The translations under genes and the position numbers were made by a program. DNA of 58,627 nucleotides, counting the filler, from Thelocarpon superellum (Eukaryota), in NCBI GenBank assembly GCA_026025795.1. It is 2 parts of 2 records of this genome, joined end to end, with 100 filler letters (N's around TTAATTAATTAA, not from the genome) between each part and the next. Parts side by side here need not be neighbours in the genome. Positions count along the whole stretch, not along the records: positions 29,400 to 58,627 come from JAPEUG010000224.1; 1 more part is not named here. One strand, 5' to 3'. Numbering within the stretch: position 1 is the first letter of the stretch; the number at the start of each line of letters is the position of its first letter. This document shows positions 57,264 through 58,627 of this stretch, piece by piece. The notes under the pieces were generated by a model. It worked only from the letters and a program-made list of their open reading frames with translations. It was not told where the DNA came from and ran no database searches.

Positions 57264-58379
57264 CTACGTCGGACTTGCCGAGGCGTTGGGCACCTTGCTC
57301 TTCTTTCGTTTCGGCTTGCCGGGGCCGCCGGCGCTGGCTGGACTCTTGATCTCGCCCTTGCTCGCCTTTCTCCCCGTCGTCGCTGTGGGCGAAGTGGTGG
57401 ATGTCGATTGTGCCGCTTGCGGAGCCGCGCTTTTCTTGACAGGTGGAGCTCGCGCCTGTGCTCGTGCTGGCGCGGGGACCGGAGCCTGAGCGTGCCCACG
57501 CGTGGACGAAAGCAAGAAGGAGCCCGGCTCCCCGACGAGCGGGTTTTCGTCCATATACTCCCCCTTGAAGCGGAGGGCCAAGCTGAACGAGTCGGCCAGT
57601 GAGCGGGCTTCTTGATCACTTTTGCTCTGAGTACTGCCGCCAACCACGCCTCGAGGACCCGGACCCCCGTCCGGGGCCGGCGTGCTCTCTTTGCTCGCTT
57701 GACTGGGTTGCGAACCGGCAGGAGGGTTGGATGTCTTGGACGCTGGTGCAGCATACGTATAACCGCCAGACGGCGAGAAGGTGGGGAGGGTAGAGGCCAA
57801 GGAGAGGAACTTTGTCAGTGACGTGACGGTTGATAACTAAGCTTGCATCAGTCTCGACGACATTCCTTGACACAGCGGGCTCTTCTAGCTTCCTCACCAC
57901 TCGGCTTCCAATGACATCGCCCACCGACGGGCCAGTGTAGATGGTCTCTCCCACGATAAAGAAGGTACTCAAGACGGTGATTTCGTCTTCCAAGCCCGAC
58001 CTCTTCCGCCGGAGCTGTTTTCGGATGACCCAGGCGCCCGCCTGCGGCGGCTCGTGGGCGACGACGAATTCCAGCCCCTGCATGGTCCGCAATTGGCCCT
58101 CAAAGGCCTCACGCGTCTCGACATACTTGAGCAGTGACGGGTTGTAATTAGCCTGCGTCGTCAGGGTCGCATTGTTCGACGTGGCATCGTAAAAGGGCGA
58201 ATGGGCGAAGTAGTGAAGCACTGGAGGGAGCTTGCTGTTAGATCCTGATGGGCAAGCTGAGGGAAAGCGGGGGGTGCCGCGGGCATACCCGTGTTGGTGT
58301 GCAGACCACCGAGGAATTCGACCAGGCGAGGATCATTGAAGAAGCGCTCGTCCAGCGGGATCTCCGCGACGTCGGCCAT
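57264..58379 (-). CDS. MED6: Mediator of RNA polymerase II transcription subunit 6; introns 58288-58221, 57897-57837
   Basis: PLDE, LHTNT-VLHYFAHSPFYDATSNN, LRTMQGLEF, WVIRKQ, YTGPSVGDVIGSR, EYMDENPLVGEPGSF. Confidence 0.93.
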
Positions 58380-58627
58380 GCTGCCCCAGGTTTGGGCACA
58401 TTATTTGATGGAAGGGCGTCGCTTAAAGCCACTGATGTCGCGCGTGAGGAATAAAGTATGTTAGGTATCGTAGAGTGCCACTCGTGGTCACGGGCACTTA
58501 GCACCGCCAGTTGGACGGAGCGAGCCTACCACGCTTCCGCGCGGGCGCACTGACAACATAGATCTGTCCGACGAGGGAAAATGCCGCGCCGAGCCACTTG
58601 GATGTCCATTACTGACGGTAAATGGGG

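Noticed and set aside
1..58627. CRISPR arrays, tRNA/rRNA genes, intact transposons or a Starship captain
   Set aside because: No repeat-spacer periodicity, tRNA/rRNA signatures, or transposase, RT or tyrosine-recombinase motifs were seen by eye. A tRNAscan/Infernal/repeat scan would be needed to exclude them fully.

Overview
GC-rich, gene-dense eukaryotic DNA from a filamentous ascomycete (Pezizomycotina), with short spliceosomal introns (mostly 44-115 nt). An artificial 100-bp scaffold linker (44 N + TTAATTAATTAA + 44 N, 29300-29399) splits the window, so the two halves need not be truly adjacent. Left half: a kinase pseudogene, then OPT, RPT6, PAF1, RIB7, RCC1/Pim1, a C2H2 protein, MCP1, GatA, a 5'-nucleotidase, ETR1, bystin, ASH2/BRE2, a DAO-family oxidoreductase and a truncated secreted protein. 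Right half: DHR1, PAC3-like, a DUF985 cupin, TRS120, a GHKL/DUF3684/HExxH protein, an ~11-kb accessory block, and MED6. The best leads are two toxin-fold genes in the accessory block with intron-free coding regions: an SsdA/DYW-type Zn deaminase (SGW...HVE...PCxxC) and a DUF3990-like putative ADP-ribosyltransferase-fold protein. Other leads are a candidate spliced, structured ncRNA between ETR1 and bystin, non-canonical splice sites (2 GC-AG introns, 2 GAG acceptors), and a 158-nt pure pyrimidine tract in the PAF1 intron. No tRNA, rRNA, CRISPR array or intact transposon was recognised. All family calls come from motif recognition by eye, not from database searches.
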